Shown: positions 27,189 through 40,369 of the stretch, one piece after another
Numbering within the stretch: position 1 is the stretch's first letter
Layout: the number at the start of each line of letters is the position of its first letter
Origin: the human T2T-CHM13v2.0 reference genome, Homo sapiens
Length of the DNA: 64,000 bases
NCBI GenBank assembly: GCA_009914755.4
Contig: CP068257.2
Coordinates: forward strand, 43,648,001 to 43,712,000
Reading direction: 5' to 3'
Notes under the pieces: generated by a model
Databases searched by the model: none
The model's input: only the letters and a program-made list of their open reading frames with translations
Told to the model about the DNA's origin: nothing
Made by a program: the position numbers and the translations under genes

Positions 27189-27429
27189 GGTAGAGGAAGG
27201 GAGAATTATCTCTCTGCCTGACTGCTTGAGAGGTGGCACCTTCTCCTGTCCTCCAGCTGGGACTTGAACCCACAGCCCCACTCATGTGCAGGCCTTCAAC
27301 TCAAACTGGAACCACAACACCGGCTCTCCTAGGTCTCTGGCTTGCAGATGGCAGATCGTGAGGCTTTTCAGCTTCCAAAATCATGTGAGCCAACTCCTCA
27401 GAATAAACTTCTCTCTTTCTCTCATGTAA

Positions 27430-27700
27430 CCACACACATATAAACATGCATGTGCGTGTTTTCCTGCCCTCTCATCTCTGCTCCGTTGACTTATTTCGCT
27501 ATTCCTGCTTCATTTACTCTAGTTTTCTTAGGCATGTCCATTAACGCAGCTTGTCCTTCTTCGCTTTTTAAAATAGACTTTACTTTTTAGGGAAGGTTTA
27601 GGTTCACAGTAAAATCAAGCAGGCAGTACAGAGTTCCCATGCACCCTCTGCTCCACCACAAACATGCAGCCTCCCTCACCATCAACACCCACACCAGAGT
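27430..27700 (-). repeat. Left arm of an inverted duplication. It is an inverted copy of 29230-29530, i.e. the L1 3' terminus plus ~130 bp of its flanking DNA. It abuts a (CA)n at 27727-27762, a duplicated tag at 27755-27800 and a (CCAT)n at 27827-27885.
   Basis: The reverse complement of 29230-29530 aligns to 27430-27700 at roughly 85-90% identity by eye (ttttcctgccctctca...ttatttc.ctattcctgcttcatttactct...ttaacgcagcttgtccttctt...tttagggaaggtttaggttcacagtaaaatc.agcagg...atgcagcctccctcaccatcaacacccacacc). The track ORFs 27639..27827(+) and 29087..29317(-) give the same peptide, [18 protein letters not shown]. Confidence 0.85.
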
Positions 27701-27725
27701 GGCCCAGGAAAACGTGTACACATGT

Positions 27726-27763
<38 letters not shown>

Positions 27764-27939
27764 CATGTCCACAGGTGGAGGTGTGTGGGGAGGATGTTCC
27801 GGGCCCAGTGACAGCACGAACACATGAACCCATCCATCCATCCATCCATCCATCCATCCATTCATCCATCCATCCATCCATCCACCAATCCTCTTGGCTC
27901 TGCTTCTCTGGAGAGCACTGTGCACACAGATGCACACAG

Positions 27940-29395
27940 ATATCTTCACTTGGTCTTCAACCCCGGAGCACAGGCAGTGCAATGGACTAAAGATAGCCTT
28001 TTCAACAAATGGTGCTGGAACAACTGGACATCCACATGCAGAAAAAACAAATGAATCTAGACACAAACCATAAAACCTTCATAAAAATTAACTCACAATT
28101 TATCACAGACCTAAATGTCAAATGCAAAACTATAAAACTCCTAGAAGGTATCGCAAGAGAAAATCTAGATGACTTAGGATTTGGTGATGTTTTTAAAGTA
28201 CAACATCAAAGGCTGATCCATGAAAAAATATCAGTGATAAGCTGGACCTCATTAAAATTAAAACCCTCTGCCCTGCAAAAGACAAAGTCAAAAGAATGGG
28301 AAGATGAGCCACAAACTGAAAGAAAGTGTTTGCAAAATACACATCTGATAAAGGACTGTTATCCAAAATATATAAAGAACTCTTAAAACTCAACAGTAAG
28401 AAAACAAACAACCCGATTAAAAAATGGGCAAAAGACCTGAACAGACACTTCATTGGAGAAGATGCACAGATGGCAAAGAAGCACATGTAAAGATTGTAAG
28501 AAATGCACCTAAAACAACAATGAGATGCCACCACACACCTGTTAGGAAGTCAGATTCCAGAACACTGACCACTGAATGCTGGTGAGGGTGTGGAGCAAAG
28601 TTTGGCATTCACTCATCACTGGTGGGAATGCAGAACAGCACAGCTACTTTGGAAGCCAGTTTGCAGTTTCTTACAAAACTAAATGTGTTCTTACTATACA
28701 TTCTAGCAATTACATTTATTGGCATTTACCCAAAGGAAGTGAACATTTATTTCCATACAATCACCTCCATGCAGATGTTTATAGAAGCTTTATTCATAAT
28801 TGCCAGAACTTGGAAGCAACCAAGATGTCCTTCAGTAGGTGAAAGGGGTAGGTGGACCGTGGCACACCCAGACAGTGGAATATGATGCAGTGCTAGAAAG
28901 AAATGTGCTGTCAAGCAGCCAGGAGAAAACATGCAGGAGCCTTGACTATGTATTACTACGTGAAAGAAGCCATGCAGAGAAGTCTACAGACGGTGTGATT
29001 CTAACCATGTGACACTCTGGAAAAGGCAATATCGTGGTCGCCAGCGCTCAGGAGGGAGGGACAGACAGGCAGAGCCCAGGGGATCTTCAGGGCGCAGAAC
29101 CGCTCTGTGTGGGACTGCAGTGGTGGATCCATGCCATTGCACATCTGTCCAAACCCACGGCATGAAGAGCACCAAGAGCGAGCCCTCGTGTGGACCAGGG
29201 TCTTTGGGTGCTGACAATGTGGCCACGCAGGCTCATGGCTTGTAATAAATGGGCCGCTCCGGTGTGGGTGTTGATGGTGAGGGAGGCTGCATGTTTGTGG
29301 TGGGGCAGAGGGTGCATGGGAACTCTGTACCGCCTGCTCGATTTTACTGTGAACCTAAACCTTCCCTAAAAAATAAAGTCTATTTAAAAAAAAAC
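27940..29395 (+). mobile_element. Old L1 (L1M/L1P-type) 3' portion: ORF2 C-terminal region plus 3' UTR ending in a poly-A at ~29384-29395. Its last ~165 bp (29230-29395), together with ~135 bp of 3' flank, form the right arm of the inverted duplication.
   Basis: The plus-strand ORF 28009..28386 translates as L1 ORF2 C-terminus (...[15 protein letters not shown]... earlier; KTIKLLEGIARENLDDLGFGDVF...). The terminus is L1-typical: ...gggaactctgtaccgcctgctcgattttactgtgaacctaaaccttccctaaaaaataaagtctatttaaaaaaaaa. Confidence 0.8.
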
Positions 29396-29769
29396 TAAGA
29401 AGGACAAGCTGCGTTAATAGACATGCATAAGAAAGCGAGAGTAAATGAAGCAGGAATAGAGAAATAAACCAGCGGAGTGGAGTTGAGAGGGCAGGAAAAG
29501 TTCCACGCAACTGTGGGAGTCCCATTCGTGATAAGGGCGGTTTCTCAAATGAGGGGTATGCGATGGACTCCCCAGTACATGTGAAGTCAGACCCTCGCAA
29601 GACTGAACCAAGAAGAAGTTGAATCCTGAATAGACCAATAACAAGTTCTGAAATTGAGGTAGTAATAAATAGCCATTCCTCCCATTCCTCACTTCATTCC
29701 CAAAAACATGTTTCACAGACAGTAAAAGCCTAAACAGGAAGGGAAACTATAAGATATCAGAGGATGGGA

Positions 29770-30840
29770 GTTCACTCATGATTTGGGTTTCTGCTTATCT
29801 GTTGTTGGTGTATAGGAATGCTTGTGATTTCTGCACGTTGATTTTGTGTCCTGAGACTTTGCTAAAGTTGTTTATCAGCTTAAGAAGCTTTTGGGCTGAG
29901 ACGATAGGGTTTTCTACATACAGGATCATGTCATCTGCAAACAAAGACAATTTGACTTCCTCTCTTCCTATTTGAAACCCTTTATTTCTTTTTCTCGCCT
30001 GATTGCCCTGGAGTCAGAACTTCCAACACTATGTTGGGAAAGAGTGGTGAGAGAGGGCATCCCTGTCTTGTGCTGGTTTTCAATGGGAATGCTTCCAGCT
30101 TTTGCCCATTCAGTATGATATTGCCCATGGGTTTGTCATAAATGGCTCTTACTATTTCAAGGTATGTTCCTTTAATACCTAGTTTATTGAGAGTTTTTAA
30201 CACGAAGGGTGTTGAATTTTATGAAAGGCCCTTTCTGCATCTATTGAGATAATCATGTGGTTTTTGTCATTGGTTCTGTTTATGTGATGGATTACGTTTA
30301 TTGACTTGTGTATGTTGAACCAGCCTTGCATCCCAGGGATGAAGCTGACTTGATCGTGGTGGATAAGCTTTTTGATGTGCTGCTGGATTTGGTTCGCCTG
30401 TGTTTTATAGAGGATTTTCACATTGGTGTTCATCAGGGATATTGGCCTGAAGTTTTCTTTTTTGTTGTTGTGTCTCTGCCAGGTTTTGCTATCAGGATGA
30501 TGCTGGTCTCATAAAATGAGTTAGGGAGGAGTCTCTCCTTTTCAATTATTTGGAATAGTTTCAGAAGAAACGGTACCAGCTCGTCTTCATACTTCTGATA
30601 GAATTCAGCTGTAAATCCATCTGGACCTGGGCTTTTTTAGGTTGGCAGGCCATTTATTACTGCCTCAATTTTAGAACTTGTTATTGGTCTATTCAGGGAT
30701 TCAACTTCTTGGTTCAGTCTTGGGAGGATGTATGTGCCCAGGAATTTATCCATTTCTTCTAGATTTTCCAGTTTATTTGCATAGAGTTCAAAATAACTAT
30801 GAATACAGCTAACAAGGGAAGTGAAGGACCTGTTCAAGGA
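29770..30840 (-). mobile_element. Inverted 5' segment of a twin-primed L1 insertion. It is the ORF2 reverse-transcriptase region on the minus strand.
   Basis: The minus-strand ORFs 30637..30837 ([48 protein letters not shown]), 30197..30433 ([61 protein letters not shown]) and 29982..30203 ([50 protein letters not shown]) are L1 ORF2 in order. The left end at 29770 is the reverse complement of ...ccaaatcatgagtgaactcccatcc. Confidence 0.85.
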
Positions 30841-32510
30841 GAACTACAAACTGCTGCTCAAGGAAACCAGAGAGGACACAAGCAGATGGAAAAACATTCC
30901 ACGCTCATGGATAGAAAGAATCAATGTTATGAAAATGGCCATACTGCTCAAAGCAATTTATAGATTCAATGCTATTCCCATTAAACTACCATTGACATTC
31001 TTCACAGAATTAGAAAAAACTATTTAAAAATCCATACGGAACCAAAAAAGAGCTCTCATAGCTAAGACAATCTTAAGCAAAAATAACAAAGCTGGAGGCA
31101 TCATGCTACCTGACTTCAAAATATACTACAAGGCCACAGTAACCAAAACAGCATGGTACTGGTACAAAAACAGACACATAGACCAATGGAACAGAATAGA
31201 GAACTCAGAAATAACACCATATGTCTACAACCATCTGGTCTTCGACAAGCCAAACAAAAACACGCAATGGGGAAAGGATTTCCTAGTTAATAAATGGTGC
31301 TGGGAGAACTGGCTAGCCATATGCAGAAAATTGAAACTGGACACCTTCCTTACACCTTATGCAAAAATTAACTCAAAGTGGATTAAAGCCTTAAATGTAA
31401 AACCCAAAACTATAAAAACCCTAGAAGAAAATCTAGGCAATGCCATTCAGGACATGGGCACAGGCAAAGATTTTATGATGAAAATGCCAAAAGCAATGGC
31501 AACAAAAGCAAAAACTGACAAATGGGATCTAAATAAACTAAAGAGCTTCTGCACAGCAAACGAAACTATCATTAGAGTGAACAGACAACCTACAGAATGG
31601 GAGAACATTTTTTGCAATCTGTTTGTCTGACAAAGGTTTAACACTTAGAATCTACAAGGAACTTAAGCAAATTTACAAGAGAAAAACAAACAACCCCATT
31701 AAAAAGTGCACAAAGGATATGAACAGACACTTCTCAAAAAAAGACATACATGCAGCCAACAAATGCATGAAAAAAGGCTTAACATCGCTGGTCATTAGAG
31801 AAATGCAAATCAAAACCACAATGAGTTCTCATGCCAGTCAGAATGGTAATTATGAAAAAGTCAGGAAACAGCACATGCTGGCAAGGCTGTGGAGAAATAG
31901 GAACACTTTTACACTGCCGGTGGGAATGTAAATTAGTTCAACCATTGTGGAAGACAGTGTGGTGATTCCTCCAAGATTGAGAACCAGAAATACCATTTGA
32001 GAAGCTATCCCATAACTGGGTATATACCCAAAGGAATATAAATTATTATAAAGATACATGCACACGTATGTTCACTGCAGCACTATTCACAATAGCAAAG
32101 ACATGGAATCAACCCAAATGCCCATCAGTGATAGACTGGATAAAGAAAATGTGGTACATATAGACCATGGAATACTATGCAGCTATAAAAAGGAACGAGA
32201 TCACGTCCTTTGCAGGGACATGGATGAAGCTGAAAGCCATTATCCTCTGCAAACTAACAAAGGAACAGAAAACCAAACACCGCATGTTCACTTATAAGTG
32301 GGAGCTGAACAATGAAAACATACGGACACAGGGTGGAGAACAACACACACCAGGTCCTGTTGGGGGAGGGTGGGGGTGGAGAGCATTAGGGAAAAGAGCT
32401 AATGTGTGCTGGGCTTCATACCTAGGTGATGGGTTGATAGGTGCGGCAAACCACCATGGGACATGTTTACCCATGTAACACACCTGCACATATACACCGG
32501 AACTTAAAAA
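30800..32510 (+). mobile_element. Sense 3' segment of the same primate-specific L1 (L1PA-like): ORF2 C-terminal third plus 3' UTR. Its L1 position continues directly from where the inverted segment stops. About 30 bp around ...SKRIKYLGI... is missing at the junction.
   Basis: Plus-strand ORFs: 30821..31027 ([67 protein letters not shown]), 31103..31630 ([36 protein letters not shown]...[18 protein letters not shown]...) and 31623..31931. The 3' UTR carries the G-rich stretch ggagggtgggggtggagag and ends ...cacctgcacatatacaccggaacttaaaaag. Confidence 0.85.
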
Positions 32511-35500
32511 GATATTAGAGGAGAACACGGACCTTAGAATAGCAACTCTCCCAAACAAAGACGCAGCCCCACGTGGAGCAGAGGAGGAGAAGATAAAGTG
32601 GACTGCAGCAGAAGCTAACACAACTTTATCACCAAAGACCCCAGAAACCAAGTCAGAAGGCCAGTGGTGGACATGGGAATGATAGATGCTAAAGAATGCT
32701 CAGCTTATAGTAGCCAGAGAAAATCCTGGCAAAGGTGGAAAGTGTGAAGGCACCAGGCATCAGTGGCACGCGAGTGTGATCTCCGGAGGCGGGGGAGGTG
32801 GGGGAGGCCGGGGCGTGAGGGGCTGTGGTTATCAAAGGGAACCGGCTCTCTTAGGGGGGCTCTTTTACTTTCTCTGTTACTCAGAGCAGGGACCAGCCAG
32901 CTCTGTCGAGGCCTGGAAAGTAATGGATTTAAGCTTTGCGGCCACATGGTCCGTGCACCCACTCTGCTCTGTCCATGTTTTTCTTTGTATTTTTCTCCAA
33001 GCATTTAAACACGTGCAAACCATCCTTAGCCCAAATGCAGCCAAAAGCTCCTGTGGGTGGAGTTTACTGTCTTACGCCCGGGAGCGGCTCAAAGTGTGCC
33101 CCAACCAGCAGCCTGGGCACCCTTGGTGCTGTAGGAATGCAGGTGCCCTGGCCCACCCGGACCCTGGTGTGGGGGGGGGGCCCACCCAGGCCTCTAAGAA
33201 GCCGTCTAAGGGTGCCGCCCAGGTCTTTGAGAAGGGCAGCCTTGGCCAAATGGTCATACCTGTACACGGGCCGGGCCGCACGACTTCTTTAGAGCTGGGG
33301 CCAATGGAAGCCCCCTGAGTGCTCCTCAACAGGGGCCTGGAACCCCGGCTCTTGTTAAAATGCAGATTCTGACTCAGCAGGTCTGGGCTGGAGCCTGGGA
33401 CTCTGCATTTCTACCCAGCGCCCAGGGGTGCCCAGGCTGCTTCTGGGACCTCACTTCCTGGCCGTGGTACCTTCACAGCACCAGCCACTAGCGTGGAACT
33501 TGCACTGCAGCTTCCGACAGCTGCAGAAATGGGCATGTAGGTGGGGTGGGGGCTGGGACCTGAGCTTGTTGTCTGTCCCTCCCTTTCTCACTGGGGCATT
33601 GAGGACACACATGAAAGAGGCGAGGGGGCGAGAAACAATGCTGGCATCTCCATCCTGGGAAGAGGCTGGGAAGAGTGACTCAGTCACAAAAAATAAACAA
33701 CACCAGCTTTTGTCTTAGAAATTCACCCTGTTTGACTTCATGGATTCCCATCGGTCTGCAAGGACCCGGGTTAGCCTGGGATCCTCTTCTGTGGCTTTGG
33801 TGAGCAGATCCCCACTCCGCCTCCTCTTAGGACGCCTAGTCCTGCCGTGATTGGCCTTGGGGGCCCGGGGGTGACCTCAAGTGTCCCCAGCCAGGCCGCC
33901 CACCCCAATCTCAAGAAGAAACAGGGTGGGAGGAAGCAGGGCAATCTCAGCACCCATGGCAGAGGAGGCCACGGTGGAGGAGGCCACGCCTGGCTCAGCC
34001 TGGAGTTGGGGACGTGAGGAGGGGCTGAGACGGTCACCCCAAGACCCCCACTTCAGGCCAGCTCAGAGGGTCCAGGGTGGGGGTACTTGGGAGAAGGCTT
34101 GTGAGGGGGTCCCTGTGGCCTTCAGGGAATCCCACCCCATTTGGATGTTACCTCCAGGCTGGTCCTAGGGGCTGGGCACCCACAGGCCAGAGGCCAAGGA
34201 ACCAGGAAGTGCCCCCCGACATGCGCTTGGGGAGCCCCAAGCTCCTCCACTCATGAAAAATCGAACCCCCCCACCACCTCCAGGTCAGTCACCGTCTCCA
34301 GGACGTGGGTGGCTGCCCCCACTCCTCTGGCCCCCACTTCTCTGGCTGAGAAACTCCACGTGCACCACCCCAGGGGCTTCAGGCTCCTCCAGAGGGGCTC
34401 CATTCCCCTTCCTGCCCCGTCCCCTGATGTTCCTTCCCCACCAAGCCCTGGGCCATCTTCCCACAGCCTGGGACTAGCCTTCTGGTCACCTGCAGTGGCT
34501 GCCAGGTGGGCTGGGGTGGGGGCTGTCCCTGGGTGCCCAGGCCTCTCGGGGACCCCTGCATGCACTGGGCATGACATGGAGGGTGCCTTTCCCCACCCAG
34601 GGCCCAATGAACCTGGAGGTCACAGCCCCGACCCCGGCCCAGCTCCAGGGTGAGGCCGGGCCCCTCTGGAGCCCCACTCTGGCCTCCTCTCCTGCCCCCA
34701 CCCCCATCCTGCCCCTTCCTGCCCTGGCCCTGTGTCTATCTGCTCTGCAGGCCGTGCTCTGGGAGCCTTGAGGCCCTGCGTCCACCCCCTGGCAGTTCTT
34801 CTAGGCTGGGCTCCAGGATTGGGGCCTGTTACCTGGAGGTGGACTGGCCTCCCTGCTGTCAGGCAGGGCCATTGGGATGGGCGTGGTCACAACTGCTGCA
34901 GACCTGGGTCTGGGAGGACAAGCGCCTTCCTTCCCAGCGGCGAGGTTTTCCATGACTCACTTCAGAGCCAGGCCAAGGTCAAAGGGCACCGGACGCCGGT
35001 CCCTCCTCAGGCAGAGGGAGACAGGAAGGGACACCCAGGCCCCAAGGGGGAAGGGCTGCTGCAGTCGGGACAGGGAGCATGTGTGAGCGTGAGTGAGGGC
35101 GTGAGGCCTGTGTGCAGGCAGCAGGTCAGGTGGACAGGCCGGAGGAATGGCCCTGACTCCACAGGGACCCCACCAGACAGCTGATTGGCAATGCCGAGAG
35201 ATGCTGTGCTGCTGGTCCTTCCTGCAGGGTCGTGGAGGAGCTCGGCCACTTGTGAAGCTGGACGGGAGAGGACAGTGGTGGCAGCCAGACCGGACTCACA
35301 TGTATTCCATCAACACAGTTGAAATGTTTTATGACCGCATGGCAGTATGTTCGGGTGAGGGTCCTGTATGTTTTACACGACACATGTTTAAACGGCATTC
35401 TGTGAGCCCAGAGGCTTTGCCTGCCGGCCAGCAAGGTGCAGTAGAAAAGGTTGAGGGTCCTAGTCTGGTCCCGTGTGGGCACTGCCTGACCAGGTGGGGT

Positions 35501-37046
35501 CAGCACCAGGATGAGAGCCCCAGCCTGCACCTGCCAGCCGCGGTGCCACGTCCTTCCTCCACTTCCCTTCCCGCAGCCCTGGGAAACCCCAGCCCAGTGG
35601 GCTGGCAGGAAGGAGGCCGGTGTGCATGTGCCTGACTGGCCCCTGGTTGGCGCCAGGCACTCTCTGCAGGACCCTGGCGCCAGCCCGTCGGAAGACAAAG
35701 CCTGGAGGCTATTCTTGGAGCATGTGTCACAACCCCAGGAGCGCCTTATAAGGCTCTGTCCAGGCTCAAGATGCTCTCTGAGCGCCAGGGTCTGCCCTGA
35801 CAATGGCCTGCAGCTGGACGTGGGGCCACACGGCCACCTGGCTGCTCCTGGCCCGTTTCGCCCTGGGGTCCAGACTCCCTCCTGTTTCCTGTGAGTCTCC
35901 CCTAAGATTTGAAGGAATTTGACCAACACCTTGGCCTGGGGGGACCTGGGAGAGAAGAGGGGGATGGAGCTCAGAGCTGGCCCTCGGCAGCCTTACATGG
36001 TGATCGTCTGGTCCCGCTAAGCCGCGCCTTGGAGGCTCTGCTGTGGGAGCCTAGCAAGTGTTTATTTTTAGAAGCTCTTACTCCAACACCAGGGCTGGGC
36101 CCAAATAACACATGTATTTTAGTGGTTCAAAAATACAAGTTTATGGTAAGTCATTCGATGTGGAGAAAGTGCCAAACCAGTGAGTGCAGTGAGAGGTTTC
36201 CTGGGGCCACGGGCCTCCTCCTGCAGGTGGCCCAGGTGCACTTGACTAGCTGGAGCGTGTGGCTATAATCCCAGGAAATGTATCCCTCCTCTCGGAGGGA
36301 CTCGGGCTCAGGAGCACACACTGAAGATGGGAGGCCAGGACCCAGAGTGTGACCGTCCTGGCCCTAGGAGGGCAGGGCAGCCTTTGGTTTGCTATCAGAG
36401 CCTCGAGGCCTGGCACTGAGCCCGGCGTCCCCTGGAGCTCCCTGCTGCATTGGATCAGCAGCTGGCAGACAGGTGGGCCAGCGGGCCGAGTTTTCCCCAG
36501 GACTGGGTGAAGGAGGCATTGCTAGGAAGTCCCCAGATGCAGCAGGCACCCAGAACAGCCGGCCCTCCCTGTCCTGGGAGAGGCATCTACCCCACTGGAG
36601 GCTGAGCCCTCGCCCCACCACCGTGGCCCCTGCTCCACATCACCATCACCAGTGGCTTGTTAGAGATGCGGATGGACCCTCAGTCCCCATCACACGGGTG
36701 GTGGATCTCATAAAACCTCCCAGACCAGGCTCTGCAGCTGCGGGGCTCAGCTGGTGGCTCTCGCTCAGGGACTCCTGAAGGGCACCCAAGTGGCTCAGCG
36801 CAGGGAGGGCAGGAAGGGCAGGCGGCTGGGGTGGGGCTCAGCTTGGGCTGTTGGCTGAGGCCACCCCACGTGGCCACACTGGGGCTTTGCAGAGCCGGCA
36901 GCAGCTGGGATCCGAGGGGGAGCATCCCCAGAGACCCAGGCGGGTGCTGCCAGGCCCCTTAAGATGTAACCCTGGGAACCCCAGAAAGTCTGTCTCACTT
37001 CTGCTGGTTGAGCAAGTCAGATTTGAGGAGACGGGACTCAGACGCC

Positions 37047-37347
37047 GTGTGTGGGTGGGGAGTCATGGCCCCCTGGTGTGTGGATGGGGAGTCATGGCCC
37101 CCTCGTGTGTGGGTGGGGGCTCAGGGTCCCCTCGTGTGTGGGTGGGGGTCAGGGTCCCCTCGTGTGCATCCTGGGGTCAGGGTCCCCTCGTGTGTGGGTG
37201 GGGGTCAGGGTCCCCTCGTGTGCATCCTGGGGTCAGGGTCCCCTCATGTGTGGGTGGGGATCAAGGTCCCCTCATGTGTACGTGGGGGGTCAGGGTCCCC
37301 TCATGTGCATCCTGGGGTCAGGGTCCTCTCGTGTGCATCCTGGGGTT
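37047..37347. repeat. ~28-30-bp VNTR, ~10 copies (ggggtcagggtcccctcgtgtgtgggtg / ...gtgcatcct).
   Basis: 'gtcagggtcccctc' recurs regularly. The pseudo-ORFs 36851..37540(+), 37008..37376(+) and 37051..37611(+) (...GPLVCGWGSGSPRV...) are its translations. Confidence 0.9.
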
Positions 37348-37840
37348 GCACCTCCAGAACCCACATCTGCACTTAGTCAGATTCTGGCTTCTCTGTGGCT
37401 CATTGAAGGGGGAGAAGTCGGGGGGCTGGTTTCGGGGGAAGCTCACGCCCCTGCTGAGCCTCAGGCGGTGGCCAAGGTCCTGCCCACAGGCCAGCCGGGG
37501 AGCGGGCAGGCGGACCAGGGGTCAGCAAACTGCTCTGTAATGAGCCAGAGAATGAATATTTTAGGCTTTTTTTGGCCAGTCACAACTCAACTCTGCCACT
37601 GTGGATTCTAACCTCATGGCATCTGTGTCACACAAGGCGATGTCTGCCGATTCCTGAGGTTAGGACGGAGACACCCTAGGGGGCCTGGTTCAGCCACCAC
37701 AGCCACCTCCAAATAACGCTCTGGGGTAGCGGGGGCTGGACGACGGAGCCTCCCATCCCCCTCCCGCCCCATAACGACATCACTGTCCCATTACTTATCC
37801 CCACGCCATGACCACCCAGCACAATTAGGAATCGGAAAAC

Positions 37841-38125
<285 letters not shown>

Positions 38126-40369
38126 CTCCCCGCCCCCCAAAAAGGGTAAGAAAGCAGAAGGCTCTCTCTGTCCTTCCTTTCCCCTTCTCTGACACTCCTC
38201 CTTGCTGTGGACCTGAGTTTCTGACCTGTCCCATGCCGGCAGCCCCAACAAGGCGGCCAGACCTCAGCCCCAGCCTGGCTCTGAGAGCCACACTTCCTAG
38301 CGGGCAAGGAGGGCTGTTGGCCGAGGCAGGCTGGCTCCTGGGACAGAGGGTCTCCTGGGACGGCCCCTTCCTGCACCTGCCTACCCCATCCTGCACGCTC
38401 TTCCCTCTACGGCTTCTGAAGAGCTAGATCTGGGGTATGTCTGGTGTAAACAGGATAGAGTTGGGTTTTGCTGGGTGAGCCCATACAGCCACTTTTATCT
38501 TCACGGGTGAGTGGAAGCTGACGGGGCCACACCAGCTCAGCCGCGCTGTTCTGTTTACTGTGGTCTCTCCCTGAATGGCCGCTTTGGCTTTTTGAATTCA
38601 TTTATGCAGATTTGTACGTTTCCTCACGGCTCATTTGTGCTCATATGTATGATATTTGTGCGTACACAACACCCACCTCCTCTTCCTCACGTGGGTTCTC
38701 CTGTCCCAGCCCCGCCCTCCTCTTCCTCGCGTGGGTTCTGCCCTCCCGGTCCCGCCCCTCCTCCCCCTGCTCCGTGTTTAGTCCTCAGGTCAAGGTCACG
38801 GACCAGACCCTGTCCCCTGAACCCACCCTCCCCTCAGGCAGGGACTGGACTCTTCGGATCTCTGTGTGGTGCTCTCTGCTCATGGCAGTCCCTCTGATGC
38901 CACCTCTGGGCTGGCCGAGCCTCACAGCATCTGGCGGTGCCCCAGGATGGAGTCGGGGGCAGGGCCCGAGTTCCCCCTTGCTGAGCTGTTTCCCAATCCC
39001 TGAGGCGTTCAGGACAGCGTGGGGGGAAAGCCACGCCCACCGTCTCGCCTCCACCCAGGTCCTGTCCTGCACGGGGCTCTCGGGAGGCCTCAGCATTCTC
39101 CTTGAAGATGCCCAAACTTTACCAACCCCTGTGCCCAGCCCTGGCCCACACCCACGGAAGCAGGGAACTGACCCCATCCCAGCCAGAGCGGGTACTCCAG
39201 GCGGGCCCAGAACCTGGAGCTGGTGCCACCAAACTCGCATGAAGAGTCTGGCTGTCTGTCAGGAGGAGGCGTCTGGGCGCCCCCTGATGCCAGGACGGCT
39301 CTGCCCATTGTCTGCGTCCCTGACTCGAGAGCTTGAGCCCGGGGTGGGCCTCCAGAGGCTGGTGCTCTGTGCCAGCCATACGGGCACCCATGTAGCTGCC
39401 CCTCTGTCTTCTTGCCAAGCTCGGGACCCTCCCCACCTGGGACAAAGTCACCTCCAACCTCTGCGCTTCACTCATCAAAATCACCTCTGCTTAATAAACC
39501 TTGAAGGTCTCAGGTGCTGCCGGCATGGGAGGCTCCTGCCTGCAGGCCTGGGGCCAGGCCCTGGAAAGCGCTTAGGGAGGGCTGGGCTGGCAGCTGCACA
39601 AGGGCAGCCTCGTGAGATGCTGGTCAAGCAGAAAATCCCCAGGGATGTGAGCTGGTTTTTTGTGGGAACTCTGAAAGTGAAAACATCAACTCCCCGAACT
39701 GGGAGGCCACCAGCCCCAGAGGGCCCTCCCCAAGCCCCCGCGGGGTCCCAGCCAGGGCCATGGATGTGGGCAGGCCTACAGCTCACTGGCCAGCTCCCCT
39801 CTGCTTCCTCCCGGGCCACAGCATTCCTGGGGCCACCAGGGTCTCATTGTCCCTCACCTGGCCAGGGTCTCCGTGCCCCTCACCTCCTCTTTGCTGGAAC
39901 ATTCCACACATTCCTTCCCCCGACAGGGCAGGGTTCCTGGGCTGAGGCTGGGGCAGGTGTGCTGGGCCTGGAGCTCTCCCTAAGGTCTCCAGCTGATGTG
40001 GGCTCCTGGGATCTGCACCGTCTCCCCTGGGCCACCCTCGCTGGGCTCATCCTAAAGAAGCCTCCTCCGCCTGCCCCTCCTCCCTCCCAACCCTCAGCCT
40101 CCCCACCCCCCGGCACCCACCATGAGCTGAGCCTGCTGTGAGGAGGGGGGCAGCCCCAGGACCCCACACAGGTGGGGCTCAGCAGCTTCCAGTGAGAAAC
40201 CCATGCAAACTGCCTGGGGAGTTCCGGCAGCGATGGGAGAAGGCACTGTCCTACCCAGGGGGCTGAGAAGGCTGAGCCTTGAATGAATGGCAGTGAGCAG
40301 ACATCAGTGGAGGTGGACAGGACACTGAGGACAGAGTCACCCTCCCAGGGAGTCAGAAATGAGGGGTGC

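Noticed and set aside
27545-27700. A second, independent minus-strand L1 3'-end insertion forming the left copy of the inverted pair.
   Set aside because: Similarity to the right copy continues ~130 bp beyond the L1 poly-A into unique flank (27430-27545 vs 29400-29530). This makes a duplication of L1 plus flank the better explanation than an independent retrotransposition.
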